Shown: positions 49,290-58,019 of the stretch, in pieces | Layout of the letters: each line of letters starts with the position of its first letter | Numbering within the stretch: position 1 is the stretch's first letter | DNA from: Candidatus Caldarchaeum sp. | Lineage (GTDB): Archaea; Thermoproteota; Nitrososphaeria_A; Caldarchaeales; Caldarchaeaceae | Length of the DNA: 64,000 nucleotides | Direction: 5' to 3' | Assembly (NCBI GenBank): GCA_038844785.1 | Contig: JAWBRA010000006.1 | Span: 8,244-72,243 of the forward strand | Notes under the pieces: generated by a model | Seen by the model: only the letters and a program-made list of their open reading frames with translations | Databases searched by the model: none | Told to the model about the DNA's origin: nothing | Made by a program: the position numbers and the translations under genes

Positions 49290-50117
49290 TTACTTACAAG
49301 TCTGCATATTACCTCGCATGCTGTTCTTCACAGCGTTAAGCAGGGTCTGATGCTGCATATAATCGGAATCACGTATACAATGCTTTGCCCCGCGCTCCTC
49401 AAGCATCTTCGGCAAGCGGACATGATTCTTCACAAAATCCTCGGTCTCAAAAACTTCATAGTCGCATCCTTTTTTCGTTAGGTGTTTGAGGAAGGCTTTG
49501 ACGAAGCTTGTCGCCGTTATCTCAGGGTTAAGCTGGCTGAGGTTTGTGACCGGTGGGCAGCCGGGTGGATGGATGCAAAGCCTGTTGAGTTTCTCCAGGT
49601 CTGTCGATATCAGGAGAGTTCCGTGGATGAGAACGGAGTTGAGCTTCGCCCTCGCAGCCATTCCGGAAATCTTGAACCCCATCAGGTCAATTCTATTGGG
49701 CGGTGTGAAAAAGGCCTCTAAGCCAAACTCGCGAAGAGTTCCGCAGATGATGCCTGCGGCGTAGGCGAACAGGCGGATGGGCGGGATAAATCCACCGCTT
49801 TCTTTCCGTATGTAAAAGCTCCAGTTCAGGTTGCCCAAGTCATGGAAAACCACGCCCCCGCCTGTGGACCTCTTCAAAACCCTCACACCCAGCCTGCTAG
49901 CCTCATCCTCACGGTACCATCCATAGCTGATGTGCCGTGTCTGGCCTGTGACAAGACAGTCGGTGTTTTTCCAAAACCTCACCAGCATTCCGGGCAGCGA
50001 TTTCTCCTCCACACCCTGAAGTAGTATGTCCTCTAGCGCCAGGTTGAATTCTGGAAGAGTGCTTGTTGTAAGAAGTATCAGGATACGTTTCTCGGTCAAT
50101 AATATCGGATCACTCAC
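49290..50117 (-). CDS. lplA: Lipoate-protein ligase catalytic domain
   Basis: NLALED, KRSTGGGVVFHDLGNLNWS, KISG and HGTLL motifs. Confidence 0.88.
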   Translation of the reverse strand: MSDPILLTEKRILILLTTSTLPEFNLALEDILLQGVEEKSLPGMLVRFWKNTDCLVTGQTRHISYGWYREDEASRLGVRVLKRSTGGGVVFHDLGNLNWSFYIRKESGGFIPPIRLFAYAAGIICGTLREFGLEAFFTPPNRIDLMGFKISGMAARAKLNSVLIHGTLLISTDLEKLNRLCIHPPGCPPVTNLSQLNPEITATSFVKAFLKHLTKKGCDYEVFETEDFVKNHVRLPKMLEERGAKHCIRDSDYMQHQTLLNAVKNSMRGNMQTCK

Positions 50118-50541
50118 TCCTACATTCTACGCCCCATTCGTCGATAATCTTCCTATATTTTTCAGCGGCCTCCTTCCCTTTCGTGAGGAGTTGAAGTTCT
50201 TTCTCCAACGCTTCCGGCTTTATCTGCACAACCCAGCTGCCGTAAGGGTCGCTGTTTATTAGAGAGGGGTTGGAGACAACTTCGCCGTTCGTTTCCACCA
50301 CGACGCCTGTCAAAGGCGACCGCATGGGCCCCATGTATTTTGCGCTCTCTATTGTTGCGAGGATTCCGCCGCGAGGAACTTTAGTCCCTTTCCCCTTTAC
50401 CTTGACGTAGATTATCTCTCCGGCGTAGGCTTGGGCGGGGTCTGTTGCTCCGACGAGCACGGCGTCGCCGTCAACTTTGACCCAAACATGATACTCTAAA
50501 TCGTAGTAAAGGTCTTCGGGTATGTTGCATCCCTTATACAT
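50110..50541 (-). CDS. lbpA: Lipoate-binding protein LbpA (GcvH-like)
   Basis: IESAK lipoyl-Lys and DPYG.W motifs, plus N-terminal (GC) and C-terminal (EC) Cys typical of LbpA; sHdr context. Confidence 0.85.
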   Translation of the reverse strand: MYKGCNIPEDLYYDLEYHVWVKVDGDAVLVGATDPAQAYAGEIIYVKVKGKGTKVPRGGILATIESAKYMGPMRSPLTGVVVETNGEVVSNPSLINSDPYGSWVVQIKPEALEKELQLLTKGKEAAEKYRKIIDEWGVECRSE

Positions 50542-50557
50542 GTTCTATGCACCTTTT

Positions 50558-50962
50558 TTAGAAGTAGACCACGGCTGTGTCTGGGTCTGAGGCCATCTCT
50601 ATGAGCGTGGCCGCTCCAGCGAACTGCGCGCCCTCTGGAAGGTCTTTCTGGTCCATCTTCCAGATGACTTTGGCCGCCACGCTGCAGACAAGGAATTTGA
50701 CGCCGCTCTTCAACGCGAGGTCCACAACCTTCTGAAGAGGTTCTCCGTCGTCGGTTGTCTTCAGGCTCTGAGCCACGTCCTTCTTCAGAAGCGAAGGGCC
50801 TTCAGCTATGAAGAACAAAAACGTCTCGTAGCCCATGGCAGCCGCCGCCGAAGCGTAGTAAAACGGGGTGAACGCTTTTTTCGGCTCGTTCATGCCTGTG
50901 CTGACAACGAACAGGAAACGTTTTTTAGCTGAGGAATCTTGGCTGTTGGCTTCCAAAGCCAT
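50558..50962 (-). CDS. DsrE-family sulfurtransferase
   Basis: PFYYASAAAAMG, FFIAEG, GVKFLVCS and AGAATL motifs. Confidence 0.85.
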   Translation of the reverse strand: MALEANSQDSSAKKRFLFVVSTGMNEPKKAFTPFYYASAAAAMGYETFLFFIAEGPSLLKKDVAQSLKTTDDGEPLQKVVDLALKSGVKFLVCSVAAKVIWKMDQKDLPEGAQFAGAATLIEMASDPDTAVVYF

Positions 50963-50981
50963 GGTGGGTAGTAAAATAATG

Positions 50982-51014
50982 GTTATATATAACGTTTTAT
51001 CGAAATATTCGAAA
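50982..51014. promoter_or_regulatory. Bidirectional promoter: palindromic TATA element plus candidate operator
   Basis: Perfect palindrome GTTATATATAAC (50982-50993) between the divergent ATGs at 50962 and 51021; TCGAA-ATA-TTCGA at 51000-51012. Confidence 0.6.
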
Positions 51015-51020
51015 GTTGTA

Positions 51021-51797
51021 ATGTATGCAACGGTCTCCCAGAAGCTTCGAAAACGTGTTGAGAGGCTTAACGGGGACGGATGGTTTTACGGCGGGCTTCC
51101 CGGCCTTCAATGGGAGGTGCAGAACGCGCTAAAGGCTGACGGCGAGGTTGTCAAAAAGATTGCCGCCGAGTTTTACCAAGATTTCCGGCTTCACGAGTTT
51201 TTCCACGCGTGCATAAACTGTGGGAACTGCACGTCGAGGTGTCCAGCTTTCAGGTTCGCAGACTTTTCACCGAGAGTGGTTGTGCAGAAAGTGATGCATG
51301 GGAGGAGCGAGCCGCTGCTACTTTACCAGATGATTGACCAATACATCTGGGCGTGCTTTCAATGCTATTCATGCTGGGATGTCTGTCCGGCGCAGAACAA
51401 CCCAGGCGGGTTGATAGCTATGCTGAAAGAGTTGGCTGTCAAGCATGGTCTTCAGTCGGCGAAGAAGACTCTCGAACCCTACAGCCGTGTTCTCTACAAG
51501 CTGATGACCACGGGGACGCAGATAACCCCCGACATGCACAGCTCGATAGCTCCTTTCAGGGATTGGGGTCCGCACAAAGCCGAGCTCGCTAAAAACCTTA
51601 GGGCTGAGAGAGCCGGCGTACCCGTCGAAAGCCTAGCCGGCGTATTGGACAAGGGATGGAAGGTTGACCCTGAAACCATCAGGGAGCTGTTGATAATCGA
51701 GAGAGAGGCCGGGGTGATAGACACAGTCAAAAACACGTTGAAGGACGTGGGCGAGTTTGTTGAGGAAGCCGAGAGAGAATATGGTGTTGGTGCATGA
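51021..51797 (+). CDS. hdrC1: Sulfur-oxidizing heterodisulfide reductase-like subunit sHdrC1
   Basis: ACINCGNCTSRCPA and IWACFQCYSCWDVCP..NNPG motifs. Start is the ATG at 51021. Confidence 0.88.
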   Translation: MYATVSQKLRKRVERLNGDGWFYGGLPGLQWEVQNALKADGEVVKKIAAEFYQDFRLHEFFHACINCGNCTSRCPAFRFADFSPRVVVQKVMHGRSEPLLLYQMIDQYIWACFQCYSCWDVCPAQNNPGGLIAMLKELAVKHGLQSAKKTLEPYSRVLYKLMTTGTQITPDMHSSIAPFRDWGPHKAELAKNLRAERAGVPVESLAGVLDKGWKVDPETIRELLIIEREAGVIDTVKNTLKDVGEFVEEAEREYGVGA

Positions 51798-53068
51798 CTG
51801 AGGAAATAGTCGTAGGCAGCGGTGAAAGCGTCGAGCTGAAGCGGGAGGAGGCGAAGCTTTTCGAGAGACATCTATTCGCCGCAAAAGCACATCTGTCATA
51901 CGGAACGGTTGAAGAATATCTCAAGATGCTGGAGAAGATGAGGGAGCTGGAGAAACAGGGCGAGATAGACGTTTTCCACGTCGCCGACGAATTCCAGCCT
52001 GTAACAGTCCGGACTCTGAGCGGACGGCAGAAGAAGATACCGACTGTGGAGCTGTGGCAGCACAAATCCTGCGGACAGTGCGGCCACATCCCCGGATACG
52101 TCACATCGCTCTACTGGATTATGAAGGAGCTTGACGTACCCTTTGTCGACGACACAAACCAAACCTCATGCACCGCATGGAATTACTACGGCTCGGGTAC
52201 CTCTAACCCCGTAGCCCTCACAGCGGTTTTCCTGAGAAACATGCACGTCGCTTGGGAGAAGAACGCCTACCCGCTCATACACTGCGGCACAAGCTACGGC
52301 GACTACAAGGAGGTTCGCTTCCTTGTCATAATGAACAGGGAGCTGAGGGAACGTGTTAAAGCCATCCTGAAGAAGATCGACAGAGACATAGTTGTTCCCG
52401 AGGAGCTTGTCCACTACAGCGAATGGCTTCATGTGATGAGAAACAGAGTCGCTGAGAAGAGGAAATATGATGTTTCCAACGTTACTGTCGCGGTTCACGC
52501 TGCATGCCACACATACAAGCTGATGCCGGAAGACTACACGTATCAAGACGACATTCTAGACGGTGTAAGGCCTGCTCCGACAACCAGCGTAGCCCTTGCA
52601 CTCGGTGCGAAGGTTGCCGACTACCGCAACTGGTATGACTGCTGTGGCTTCGGCTTCAGACACATACTGACGGAGAGGGAGATGAGCAGGTCGTTCGCCT
52701 ACTTCCGAAAGATTCAGCCCATAGTGCGCGACACCAGGGCAGACGTTCTTCTAACCCATGACACTGGATGCGTGACAACGCTTGACAAAAGCCAGGTCGT
52801 CCCGCTCGTCCACGGCTATAAGGAAACCATCCCCGTGATGTCTGATTCGCAGTTCGCCGCCCTAGCCATGGGCGCCCACCCGTTCATCGTCTGCCAGCTG
52901 CACTGGCACATCGCGGAGAGCAAAAACCTCATGGCTAAAATGGGGATTGAATGGGAGAAATACATGGACGACTACAAACGCTACATCGACGAGATAAAGA
53001 AAGGTGCTCGCAGGCCCTCGTTCATAAAATCTCCTGCACGCAGGCTTACGCCAAGAAAGCCAAGTTGA
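51794..53068 (+). CDS. hdrB1: sHdrB1 (CCG-domain subunit)
   Basis: WQHKSCGQCGHIPGY, QTSCTAWNYY, HCGTSYG, YDCCGFGFRHIL and HDTGC motifs. Confidence 0.9.
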   Translation: MTEEIVVGSGESVELKREEAKLFERHLFAAKAHLSYGTVEEYLKMLEKMRELEKQGEIDVFHVADEFQPVTVRTLSGRQKKIPTVELWQHKSCGQCGHIPGYVTSLYWIMKELDVPFVDDTNQTSCTAWNYYGSGTSNPVALTAVFLRNMHVAWEKNAYPLIHCGTSYGDYKEVRFLVIMNRELRERVKAILKKIDRDIVVPEELVHYSEWLHVMRNRVAEKRKYDVSNVTVAVHAACHTYKLMPEDYTYQDDILDGVRPAPTTSVALALGAKVADYRNWYDCCGFGFRHILTEREMSRSFAYFRKIQPIVRDTRADVLLTHDTGCVTTLDKSQVVPLVHGYKETIPVMSDSQFAALAMGAHPFIVCQLHWHIAESKNLMAKMGIEWEKYMDDYKRYIDEIKKGARRPSFIKSPARRLTPRKPS

Positions 53069-53092
53069 AGTAAAACAAGGGTTCGACGGGCC

Positions 53093-54163
53093 ATGAACGG
53101 TTTACCTCCTGTTTTGGTCATCGGCGGCGGACCAGCTGGCCTGAGGGCTGCAGCTGACTTGGCTGACCTGGGTTACAGCGTTGTTTTGGTGGAGAAAAGG
53201 GGGGAGCTTGGAGGAGCGCCTGTGAGATGGAAGTATAAGACGCTCGCGCCTGAGCTGAGGCCGACTGAAGAGGTGATGATGCCGTTGATAGAGTATGCTG
53301 AGAAGAACGGCCGTGTGAAGGTGTATAAGAACTCGGTGGTTGAGAGATGCGAAGGCGGCGCAGGCGACTTCGCGGTAACTGTCAAGAATTTGAGCAACGG
53401 CTCTTCAGAGAAGATAAAAGCCTCAGCCATAATAGTGGCAACAGGGTTTGAACACTTCGACGCCCGCTTTGACCCACGGTATGGTTATGGAAGAAACCCC
53501 AACGTCATAGGTATTCATGAGCTTGAAGGCATGATTAAGGAGGGGAGAATCGTCAAACACGACGGCACACCTCCCAAGCGGATAGCGTTCATTTTCTGCG
53601 TGGGCTCGAGGGACAGGGCGACGAACCCATGGTGCTGCACGGTCTGCTGCGGCGTAAGCATAAAGCAAGCCATCGAAGTCAAGGAACTCCTGAAAGACGC
53701 TGAAATATACGTGATTTATATGGACATAAGAACCTTCGGGCTCTGGGAGAAGCTTTACTGGACGAGCATGGAGGAGTATGGAATCAACTACGTCAGGGGA
53801 CGTGTTGGAGAGATATACTACTTGGACGGCAAGCTTCTGGTCAAGGGCGAGGACACGCTCGTCAGAGGGCCTTTCGAGGTTCTGTTTGACATGGTTGTGC
53901 TGGCGGTGGGCATGGAGCCGGGCGAGGGGACGAAACAAATCGCCAAAGCGTTAAACCTCCGGGTCAACGAGTTCGGCTTCCTGAAGCCCAAACACCCCAA
54001 CATACACTATGACTCGGGACGCGAAGGTATTTTCCTAGCCGGCGCCTGCGTGGCCCCTATGTCTGTCGAGGAAGCGATAGCGGAAGGCTCGGCCGCCGCC
54101 ATGCAGGCTGTCAAGCTGCTCAACAGGCTGTCACCGGTGCTGGCTAAAAGCGGTGGAGGCTGA
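53093..54163 (+). CDS. hdrA: sHdrA (short FAD/4Fe-4S subunit)
   Basis: VIGGGPAG, ATGFEHFD, CVGSRD...CCTVCC, YMDIRTFG and GIFLAG motifs; 356 aa with no ferredoxin insert. Confidence 0.9.
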   Translation: MNGLPPVLVIGGGPAGLRAAADLADLGYSVVLVEKRGELGGAPVRWKYKTLAPELRPTEEVMMPLIEYAEKNGRVKVYKNSVVERCEGGAGDFAVTVKNLSNGSSEKIKASAIIVATGFEHFDARFDPRYGYGRNPNVIGIHELEGMIKEGRIVKHDGTPPKRIAFIFCVGSRDRATNPWCCTVCCGVSIKQAIEVKELLKDAEIYVIYMDIRTFGLWEKLYWTSMEEYGINYVRGRVGEIYYLDGKLLVKGEDTLVRGPFEVLFDMVVLAVGMEPGEGTKQIAKALNLRVNEFGFLKPKHPNIHYDSGREGIFLAGACVAPMSVEEAIAEGSAAAMQAVKLLNRLSPVLAKSGGG

Positions 54164-54609
54164 TGCCGTCCAAGAAGAAGGGAGAGTTCATCGTCGAACG
54201 GAGCTACGTTGACGACCAGCGTATAATCGAGCCTGAGAAGCTTGAGCTGGGCGGCGTTGACATGTCAGGCCGCTGGGGAGTTCTCATCCTACCCAGAACG
54301 ATCGAAGACTTTGACCACACGCTCTACGAAGAGGTTAAACAACATCCCCGCGGCAAGAACATTCACAAATGCTGGCAGTGCGGTAACTGCACAGCAGCAT
54401 GCCCCGTCGCTGAGGAAAACCCGCTCTTCAACCCACGATACCTCATACACATAACCCGACTGGGATACAGGCTTGAGCTGCAGAAGTTCGGAAAATACGT
54501 CTATTTCTGCTCAAGCTGCGGAAGATGTAGCGAGGCATGTCCCAAGGGTGTTGACCCCAGCGGTGTGATGGAGGCGATTGGAACAGTGTTGAGGAGGCAT
54601 GCATTATGA
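54163..54609 (+). CDS. hdrC2: sHdrC2-like 2x4Fe-4S subunit (short)
   Basis: EKLELGGVDMSGRW N-terminus; CWQCGNCTAACP and CSSCGRCSEACP motifs. Confidence 0.82.
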   Translation: MPSKKKGEFIVERSYVDDQRIIEPEKLELGGVDMSGRWGVLILPRTIEDFDHTLYEEVKQHPRGKNIHKCWQCGNCTAACPVAEENPLFNPRYLIHITRLGYRLELQKFGKYVYFCSSCGRCSEACPKGVDPSGVMEAIGTVLRRHAL

Positions 54610-55451
54610 AACGTAGCGGAATGGGAGACGCAGTCGCATGGACTGCCACAACCATTACAGCTTTAACGCTCATCGTCCTCTGGCTCAGCCTCATCATCCT
54701 CAACGCAGGCCACGGCGTGCAGATAGACCGAAACACCGTCCTGAGCAAGGACATAGTTGACGCCGCCGGGCTGTCATCACTCGCCCTCATCATCATCGCG
54801 GTTCTGATAAAAATCAGGCGGAAAAGCGTGGCCATCCTTCTGCAGGAGATACTTTCCATGCTGAGGCCGGTGAAAAACATGCCTGCTAACGGCGGAAAAC
54901 CCGCAGCCTTCGACACGGCAGCTCTGAAGGAGATGCTGAGGATAGGGGTTTACGAGGTGTTGGTGTTGGGGAAGATGGGGAAGTGCGAGGACTTCAAGCA
55001 GTGGTTGAGCCATCTGCTTACCATGTGGGGCTTCATAGGTCTGTTCATAACAACTTCCATCGACGCCATCGTAAACCCTGGCGCCAACCCGCTCCCCATC
55101 CTACATCCAGTCAGAATCCTCGGCAACATCTCCGGCATCGTTTTCATGACAGGCTTAACTCTTTCGATAACGAGGAGGCTGGTTGACGGCAGTGTCAGGG
55201 CTAACAGCATGTTCTCCGACTGGTCTTTTCTAGCTGTGATGTATGGCACCGGCGCAACAGGATTTATGGTTCAGTGGTTCGCCGACACTGGCAACGCGTT
55301 TGGAACCGTAATCACCTATATCGCACACCTGTTTTTCGTCGCCGCTCTCATACCCACAGCTCCTTGGACCAAGTTCATTCACGCGCTCTGGAGGCCTTCA
55401 TGGGTGATCTACAGCGGGTTGCTCTCAAGGGGTGAGAGCAAAGAGACATGA
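54606..55451 (+). CDS. QmoC/HdrE/NarI-like heme-b membrane subunit
   Basis: KC...WLSHLLTMWGFIGLF, HPVRILGN, DWSFL...ATG and YIAHL...PWTKFIH motifs. Confidence 0.75.
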   Translation: MKRSGMGDAVAWTATTITALTLIVLWLSLIILNAGHGVQIDRNTVLSKDIVDAAGLSSLALIIIAVLIKIRRKSVAILLQEILSMLRPVKNMPANGGKPAAFDTAALKEMLRIGVYEVLVLGKMGKCEDFKQWLSHLLTMWGFIGLFITTSIDAIVNPGANPLPILHPVRILGNISGIVFMTGLTLSITRRLVDGSVRANSMFSDWSFLAVMYGTGATGFMVQWFADTGNAFGTVITYIAHLFFVAALIPTAPWTKFIHALWRPSWVIYSGLLSRGESKET

Positions 55452-55570
55452 TGAGCCTGCATAGGAAGGCGGCGAAAAAGTTTTTCCACAAACCCCATGT
55501 CGGCACCGTCAAAAGCATAGAAGGAATCACAGTTCTCAGGCTGGCGGAAACCCTCCACAACATACTCAAA
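55416..55570 (+). repeat. Source copy of the 155-bp duplication (other copy at 32955-33109)
   Basis: Direct comparison; spans the junction of two intact genes. Confidence 0.92.
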
Positions 55571-55798
55571 AGCCTAAACATGGACTACGAATACTCGGTT
55601 GAAAACGATGGAAACAGATACACGTTAGATTTTGTGGCATCGTTCAGGCAGCGGAGCCCGATGCAGTTGTGGATTTACGCCTACGAATCTTACATCGGAT
55701 GCGTTGTGGAGATCAAGGTTTATCATGAGCTTGAGCTAAGCGCCGAGGCGGACGAGGTTCTATCGAGGCTGGTTGACCGTATAGACGCTGCATTATAG
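55448..55798 (+). CDS. Hypothetical protein
   Basis: 116-aa ORF overlapping the upstream stop (ATGA). Confidence 0.6.
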   Translation: MMSLHRKAAKKFFHKPHVGTVKSIEGITVLRLAETLHNILKSLNMDYEYSVENDGNRYTLDFVASFRQRSPMQLWIYAYESYIGCVVEIKVYHELELSAEADEVLSRLVDRIDAAL

Positions 55799-55892
55799 GG
55801 GAATGCCCGTAGGTTTTCTGGGCGGATGAGCTGCTATCAGTGATTTGTTACAAACTATATATTGTGATATCATGAAGATAAGATTGATTGAG

Positions 55893-56219
55893 ATGTTCAA
55901 AGAGGGGAGGACGAGGGTTTTCCAGCTTCACGCCGACTTCTGTAAGGCTTTCTGCCACCCCACGAGACTGCGCATCCTAGACCTTCTGAGGCATGGCAGG
56001 ATGAGCGTCAAAGAGCTTCAGGAAAAACTGGGTGTGAGGCAAACCATCATTTCACAGCATCTCGCAATTCTACGGAACGTAAACGCGGTGAAGGGGGAGC
56101 GTTCAGGCCGCTCCGTCTACTACAGAATTACTGACCCGAGGATAATAGAGGCCTACGACATCATAGACCGGGTGATTAGGGAGGCAAGAGTTCGGGAGGC
56201 GAAGATTCTCGCAAAGTAG
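55893..56219 (+). CDS. ArsR/SmtB-family transcriptional regulator
   Basis: FCKAFCHPTRLRILDLL, ISQHLAILR and GRSVYY motifs. Alternative start at 55872. Confidence 0.9.
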   Translation: MFKEGRTRVFQLHADFCKAFCHPTRLRILDLLRHGRMSVKELQEKLGVRQTIISQHLAILRNVNAVKGERSGRSVYYRITDPRIIEAYDIIDRVIREARVREAKILAK

Positions 56220-56229
56220 CAAGCCGCTG

Positions 56230-56300
56230 CCGAACGGTCAAACCCGCTTCTCACCTGCGCAGACATCAACCTCGGCCGTTGAGCAGGTTTAGCTGTTCGG
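56230..56300. other. Long imperfect stem-loop between convergent arsR and aroD
   Basis: CCGAACGGTCAAACCCGCT pairs with AGCAGGTTTAGCTGTTCGG, about 17 of 19 positions including G-U pairs. Confidence 0.5.
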
Positions 56301-56328
56301 GGTCTGCTGCGCTCTCCGAACTCGTTCT

Positions 56329-57012
56329 CTAATGGCCTTCGAGGATTCTCTTGCGTGTTTCAAGCATTTTGCTCAGCGGAAGCTGGCCTGGAGCCGTCTC
56401 GGCATCATCCAACGAAGCGTAGGCTATCGGAGCGCACGCGGCCATCGAAAGAAGCCGTGTTATCATGCCTTTTTCACCCATGCAGAAGGCGACGAGCTTA
56501 TCGCGCGGCAGGTATGTGTAAAGGCTGATTATCCGAAAGTTGTGTTCAACGCTTGTGGAGAACGTGACTATTTTGGCGATGTCGCCGTGTTTCAGGGCTT
56601 GTTCAGCCATGTTGACGAGGAGGGATGTCTCGGGGGTTGTCTCGAAACTGTGCCATGAGACGATAAGCTTGCAGCCCAGCTTCCTTAAACGTTCCTCCAC
56701 TTTTTCGCCGACCGCTTTAAGCTCTACGTCAACGTATGCTGCGCCCATTCTCGCGAGCTTCTCGAGAAGCTCGATTCTCTCCCCGTCGGACAATGTTGAC
56801 TTCCCGCCTTCGCCGACGGGCCTGAGCGTCAGTATCAGCCTGTCGGCATACGGCTTGAGAACGGTGTAAACCTTGTTCCAGTTGGTTATGTTTGTGAGGT
56901 CGAGCCTTGCTTCGGCCAGGTCTGCTCCCTGCTGTAAAGCAGCTGAAACACGTCTTCCCAACTCCTCCTCATCCCTTCCGTAAACCGAGACGCAGACCAG
57001 TGTTTTTCTCAT
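56329..57012 (-). CDS. aroD: 3-dehydroquinate dehydratase type I
   Basis: EARLD, ILTLRPVGEGG, IVSWHSF, AKIV, AFCMGEKG..TR and APGQ motifs. Confidence 0.93.
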   Translation of the reverse strand: MRKTLVCVSVYGRDEEELGRRVSAALQQGADLAEARLDLTNITNWNKVYTVLKPYADRLILTLRPVGEGGKSTLSDGERIELLEKLARMGAAYVDVELKAVGEKVEERLRKLGCKLIVSWHSFETTPETSLLVNMAEQALKHGDIAKIVTFSTSVEHNFRIISLYTYLPRDKLVAFCMGEKGMITRLLSMAACAPIAYASLDDAETAPGQLPLSKMLETRKRILEGH

Positions 57013-58019
57013 TTCTCCACGACTGTTTCTTCCACTGCCATTCCGAAATGCCGGCCTTTAGCTTGGGAGATGTGGCAGAGGATTTTGTCGCCTTTCTTAA
57101 GCTCTGTGACGGGTATGAGCTGGCCGCTTGCTGTCACAAACCTTATCGTCTCAGCGTTCTGTACGGTGACGGCTCCTGTTAACCCTTCCGCCGAAGCTTT
57201 CACAAGCTTTAACGGCCTTCTCTCTATCTTCACCCTTCCAACCGAAGTTATTCTTGTTCTTCCGCTGGCTGAGACTATGAGGACTCTGTCCCCTGCTTCA
57301 AGCTCCGAAAGATAGCGGGTCGAGCCGTCGGGCATCAGAACGTAGCTGTGGACTGCTCCGGCGTTGACTCTGAAAGGCCTCGGCGACGTGAAGCTTGACC
57401 CTACCGACTCGTTGTGTATCATGAAGAACATGTAGGCCCTGCTGCCCACCAGCATCCCCTCGCCCATATCAAGCATGCTGACGGTGTCGACGCAGGCCCT
57501 GTCTCCAACGCCCACATCGCGCACCTCTTCAACAACCGCTTCAACCAACGGGATGCTCTCAGGCTTTTTCACCAGCTCATACAGCATTTTAAGCTCCTGC
57601 TCGTCCCTAGGCTTGACAACAACCCCGTCAACACCCTTCTCAAGTATGTTGATAAAGAGCTCCGCCTCAGTCACGCCGATGACCTCAGCCAAAACACTGC
57701 AGCCCGTCCCCGACATCATGGCTATCAGGTTCTCCACAGGGATTATCTTCCAGTCGCTGGTGGCGATGACAACCTCGTCGCAGCCCTGCCGAGCGCGTTG
57801 GACAACTTTCTCAAGGTCCTGGGGTGTTTTGACGGTGATGCGGGGAATTTCGGCTGGCTTTTTTCCAAGCCTGTTGAAGCCGTTCCCGGTTGGAACATAG
57901 ATGTCGAACTCTGCTGAATGCTCGGGCGGTGTTTCGGCTATGAAAGAGCTGAAACCCAGCTGCAAAGCTTTGCGGAAAAGCTGCTGGTTCTCTGAAATAT
58001 CTACGACAACCTTCTTCAT
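57009..58019 (-). CDS. 3-dehydroquinate synthase II (archaeal, oxidative deaminating)
   Basis: DWKIIPVENLIA, GDRACVDT, RPFRVNAGAVHSY and QNAETIR motifs. Confidence 0.92.
   Translation of the reverse strand: MKKVVVDISENQQLFRKALQLGFSSFIAETPPEHSAEFDIYVPTGNGFNRLGKKPAEIPRITVKTPQDLEKVVQRARQGCDEVVIATSDWKIIPVENLIAMMSGTGCSVLAEVIGVTEAELFINILEKGVDGVVVKPRDEQELKMLYELVKKPESIPLVEAVVEEVRDVGVGDRACVDTVSMLDMGEGMLVGSRAYMFFMIHNESVGSSFTSPRPFRVNAGAVHSYVLMPDGSTRYLSELEAGDRVLIVSASGRTRITSVGRVKIERRPLKLVKASAEGLTGAVTVQNAETIRFVTASGQLIPVTELKKGDKILCHISQAKGRHFGMAVEETVVEK

Larger units (their letters stand above)
39311..56328. other. Sulfur oxidation/trafficking gene island interrupting the aro gene run
   Basis: A contiguous block of mostly sulfur-related genes between co-oriented aroD and aroE. 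Confidence 0.7.

Noticed and set aside
50110-50541. Glycine cleavage H protein
   Set aside because: No gcvP or gcvT nearby; the terminal Cys pair and context fit LbpA.
54155-54170. Selenocysteine readthrough or hdrA-hdrC2 fusion at TGA
   Set aside because: TGATG is an ordinary stop/start overlap and both proteins look complete.
51021-54609. Methanogen-type HdrABC
   Set aside because: Short HdrA, sHdrB1-type motifs and LbpA/TusA/DsrE context indicate sHdr; no mvh or mcr genes are present.
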